Shown here: piece by piece, positions 60,716 to 64,000 of the stretch
Layout: the number at the start of each line of letters is the position of its first letter
Numbering within the stretch: the stretch's first letter is position 1
DNA from: Podarcis muralis
Lineage: Eukaryota
NCBI RefSeq assembly: GCF_964188315.1
Contig: NC_135660.1
Coordinates: 7,254,001 to 7,318,000, forward strand
Direction: 5' to 3'
Length of the DNA: 64,000 nt
Notes under the pieces: generated by a model
Seen by the model: only the letters and a program-made list of their open reading frames with translations
What the model was told of the DNA's origin: nothing
Database searches by the model: none
Position numbers and translations under genes: made by a program

Positions 60716-63700
60716 AAGACAGACAGATGTGTAGCAAGACAGGGTGGTACAACGCACAGCCCAAGGGCCACATGCAGCCCTCAATGCCTTTTTCATTGGC
60801 CCTCAGCAACATTTGATGCCCCCCCCCAGGCCTCACACTGTCTTCTCAAAGCCAGGTAAGCAAAGCACAGGGCTTTGAGAAGAAGGCGTGAGGCTCTGAC
60901 AGGGTCCTAGAGCCCTCCTTTCTCCTTCCCAAAGTCTATTCATCACTTATCCAGCTTTGGGAAGGAGGTGGAAGGACTCTAGGCCCCTGCCAGAACCTCA
61001 TGCCTCCTTCCCAAAGCCCAGCTCCTTGCTTAGCCAGCTTTGGGGAGGTAGCATGAGGGCTGAGGGAGGGGGCCTGAAATTTTTGCTTTCTCTCCCCCCC
61101 CCCCCCCCGTGACAAAGCAGTGTGGGGCCTGCAGTTTTCCTGTCAAAGTACTCTTGCTGCCCACTGGGTATGAAAATACACCACCAATAATTTCACTTTT
61201 ACTTAATTCAGGTTCTGCATCTGCGTGACTTCCTGGACCACTTTGGTCCTTCTCCTCCCCGAAACACATTCATGACCAATATAAATATGTTTGGTTGACC
61301 TCCATCACTAACTTGAGGTGTCAGTCAGGGGCCAATGTCCTTAGGGCATCAGAACATAAGAAAAGCCGTGCCAGATCAGACCAAACACCCCCCTAGTTCA
61401 ACGTCCTGCTTCTGCTATGGCCAACCAGATGTTCATGGCAGGGGTGGCTAACCTGTAGCCCACCAACTCCCACCAGATCCAGCTAACAAGGCCAATGGTC
61501 AAGGATCATGGGAGCTGTATTCCAACAACCTATGGAGGGCTACAGGCCAATCACCCCTGGCCTCTGGGATGCCCACAAGGAGGTCATGAGCACAATAGCA
61601 CTCCCAGCAACTAGTATTCAGAGGTAATACAGCCATGATGGCTAGTAGTCATTTCCACAAAATTTAGAAACCTGAAATGCAGCACATATGCAGTTGAAGA
61701 GGCTCAGTTTGTGAATGGAAGCCTGAAAAGTGATCTTTGTGCAGCCAACAATCAAGATGTAAAGCACCCTATAAAAGAGTGAAGCAGCCCAGGACAGAGG
61801 AAGCAAGTCCACCCTGTTGGGCTGCACAGATTCCATTCCCCGCCCGCACACTTGGAGAGGAGGAGTTTCCAGGTGCACCTGGAAATGCCTCCTGGATACA
61901 AGGGAGTTTATCAATGCACACACTCAAATGGCCACGATGCCACAAAATCCACGTTGCAAGACAGATCCAGCGACTCGCAGTGCGGCGACAGCTGTGCAGA
62001 CCTCCTTCCCTCGCAAGTCTCTCTGGAGTCACTTTCCACGCTTGGAACAGCCTTGTGGCTTAAGGTACTGGTTTGGGAACGCTTGGTTCTGGCTCAGATT
62101 CCCTGGACAGTGCTTTGACTGCTGCATTGCTTTCCCGGCTGCTAAATGAGGTGGCGGTGATGAGAAGAGGGGGTGCAGCTCTCCCCTTAGCTGGCAGAGC
62201 TGCTGTGACGATGAACATCCCATTAATACCTTAAGTCTCAAAGCGCTACATTTGCAGAGGCTGAATAAACTGCTGCATGCCATTCATTCCCTTCTTCCGG
62301 TTCAGACTGCAGAATCATCGAGAAGAGGCAAGAAGGCAGGACTGCCCTCGCTTAGTCCTAGTGAAGGTCACACTGAAGGCTCACTGTTAACACCCACTGC
62401 AGGAGGAGTGCAGACAGAGAAGTAGCAGCAATCACTTCTTGTTTACATTTTTTTTGTTTACATTTTTTTTATTAAAAATCCTTCCCTCCCCACTAATCTG
62501 CAAATTTTCTTTTTCTTCGTTCCTTCCCTCTATCCCACAGTGATTGGCAGCTGTCTGTGAACCTTCTTTCTTTATTTATGTAATATTTCCTGATGAGCAT
62601 GCATGAAAGTTTGGAAGAGCCACCAGCTTCTCAATATGTGTGCAGGGACATGGTGTTTGTGTGTCCATCCTCCAGTTAATAGGGCGTGGTATCCTTATTC
62701 TGCAAAACTTTGGGTAATTTTTATTAAATGGGGAGGAAACCACAACACACCCTCCCCTTCCCACCCAGGGTTTTGTTTTGTTTTTTGAATGGGCACCTTT
62801 TTGGGGGGGGGGGGAAGCCTCATTCATCTTTTCCTGCATTGCCACCACTGCCTCTGCTGGATTTTTAAGGAAAAAGTAATTAACATCTGCATCACCTTGA
62901 CGCAGAGTGAGCTGTGTGTAATGGTGATGATAGTAGATCCCTTTCCCGCACTGCTGACAGTGATCAAAATGTTGAGCCCATTATAACCACACAAACAGAA
63001 AGAAATGTCAACCAGCAATGCCTCTGATCCCCAGCATGGTTCTCCTGCCACGCCTGTGGATTTAACATGCCACTTAGGGGCTCTGCAAGCTACCCCTCTA
63101 ACAAAATACAACAGAAGTCAGCATGAGTGGGGTCCAGCATATTCATGCTCTCAGCATCCACAACAAACCTCTGCTCTTCATTTTTAGGTTGTTTCATGCT
63201 CTGCTCTAACTGCCGGCTGGTTCATTCATTCGCACAACAACATGCAGGAACTAACAAGGATGCCTCCCCCCTCCCAAGAAGCTTCCAGTCTAGATTCTGC
63301 CAATAGCAGGGACAACACAAGGAATAGGTGGGGATAGCAAAGAACAGAGAAAGGGAAGCAGTGGGAGAGGGCAACAGGAAAAGGGGGCAGCAAGGTGAGC
63401 ACATGCAATTCCTCCTCCTCCACCCCCCACTCAATGCCCACATCATTTGCTTTGTCTTCATTTGATTGCTCAACACCTGGTGAGCCAAGTGTTTGACTGT
63501 GCAGAACAGTGACTCTTCCCTGTTTATCCAGTGAAATCTGTTGTCTGAAGGAAAGTGTGGTTTGTGGCGGCTTATTTACACCCAATGCACCTGGGGATGG
63601 TCCTGATGCCTCATCCTTGCTTTTTTTGTCCTTGACCACTCTGCTTCTCCTAGGCTTTTCTGCTATTAGTGCCTCTTGTCCTGCCTAATCTCCCACTTCT

Positions 63701-64000
63701 GCCTCTGACTTCTACCAAGGCACTCACTGTACAAATGGAGCAACCTTTCCCCATTAGTTCTCCAAGCCACGTTTATTGTGGTTCTTCTCAAGACCTTCAC
63801 CAAAGACTTTGCTAGACCAACATACCTCCACCTTGCCCTTACCAGGCTCACCTTTGGTCCATTAATCAAACACCAACTTCCTCCTCCACGCCAGATATGC
63901 CCATCCAAAGCAGGTTGCTAAGCCCTGTAATCAGGGCCCCTGTCATGGCATTGCTTCTTACAGGACCCATTGGCACCAAATATATTGTGCAGCCATTGTT

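Noticed and set aside
63226-63908. Minus-strand ORFs at the window end (137 and 80 aa)
   Set aside because: They are in different frames separated by stops, use non-ATG starts and show no recognisable motif.

Overview
Squamate genomic DNA, most likely a lacertid lizard, judged from Sauria-type SINEs, a tRNA-Lys SINE with a CR1-like tail and Squam3-like SINEs. The window holds two recognisable protein-coding genes in the mammalian EEF1AKMT4-CAMK2N2-ECE2 arrangement. EEF1AKMT4 (+) has coding exons at 9013-9296 and 18524-18811; its exon 1 was not found and presumably lies upstream. CAMK2N2 (-) is complete: two coding exons (42653-42491, 41651-41581; 77 aa) in a CpG island. No recognisable ECE2 coding exon is present. 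The rest is intron or intergenic DNA dense with mobile elements: a young 5'-truncated L1-clade LINE with an unbroken RT frame, a solo LTR, about 10 Sauria SINEs, CR1/L2/BovB fragments, Tc1-mariner and hAT MITEs, and microsatellites. There is a 330-nt assembly gap. Almost all ORFs in the supplied track are spurious or TE-derived. The most notable unannotated structure is a minimal type I hammerhead ribozyme motif (29105-29144) inside a Penelope-like inverted repeat that also carries an antisense copy of the ribozyme's 3' half. Also notable are a four-copy array of inverted REST/RE1-like half-sites in the CAMK2N2 3' UTR and several candidate enhancer motif clusters. Family assignments come from remembered consensus sequences; no database search was run.
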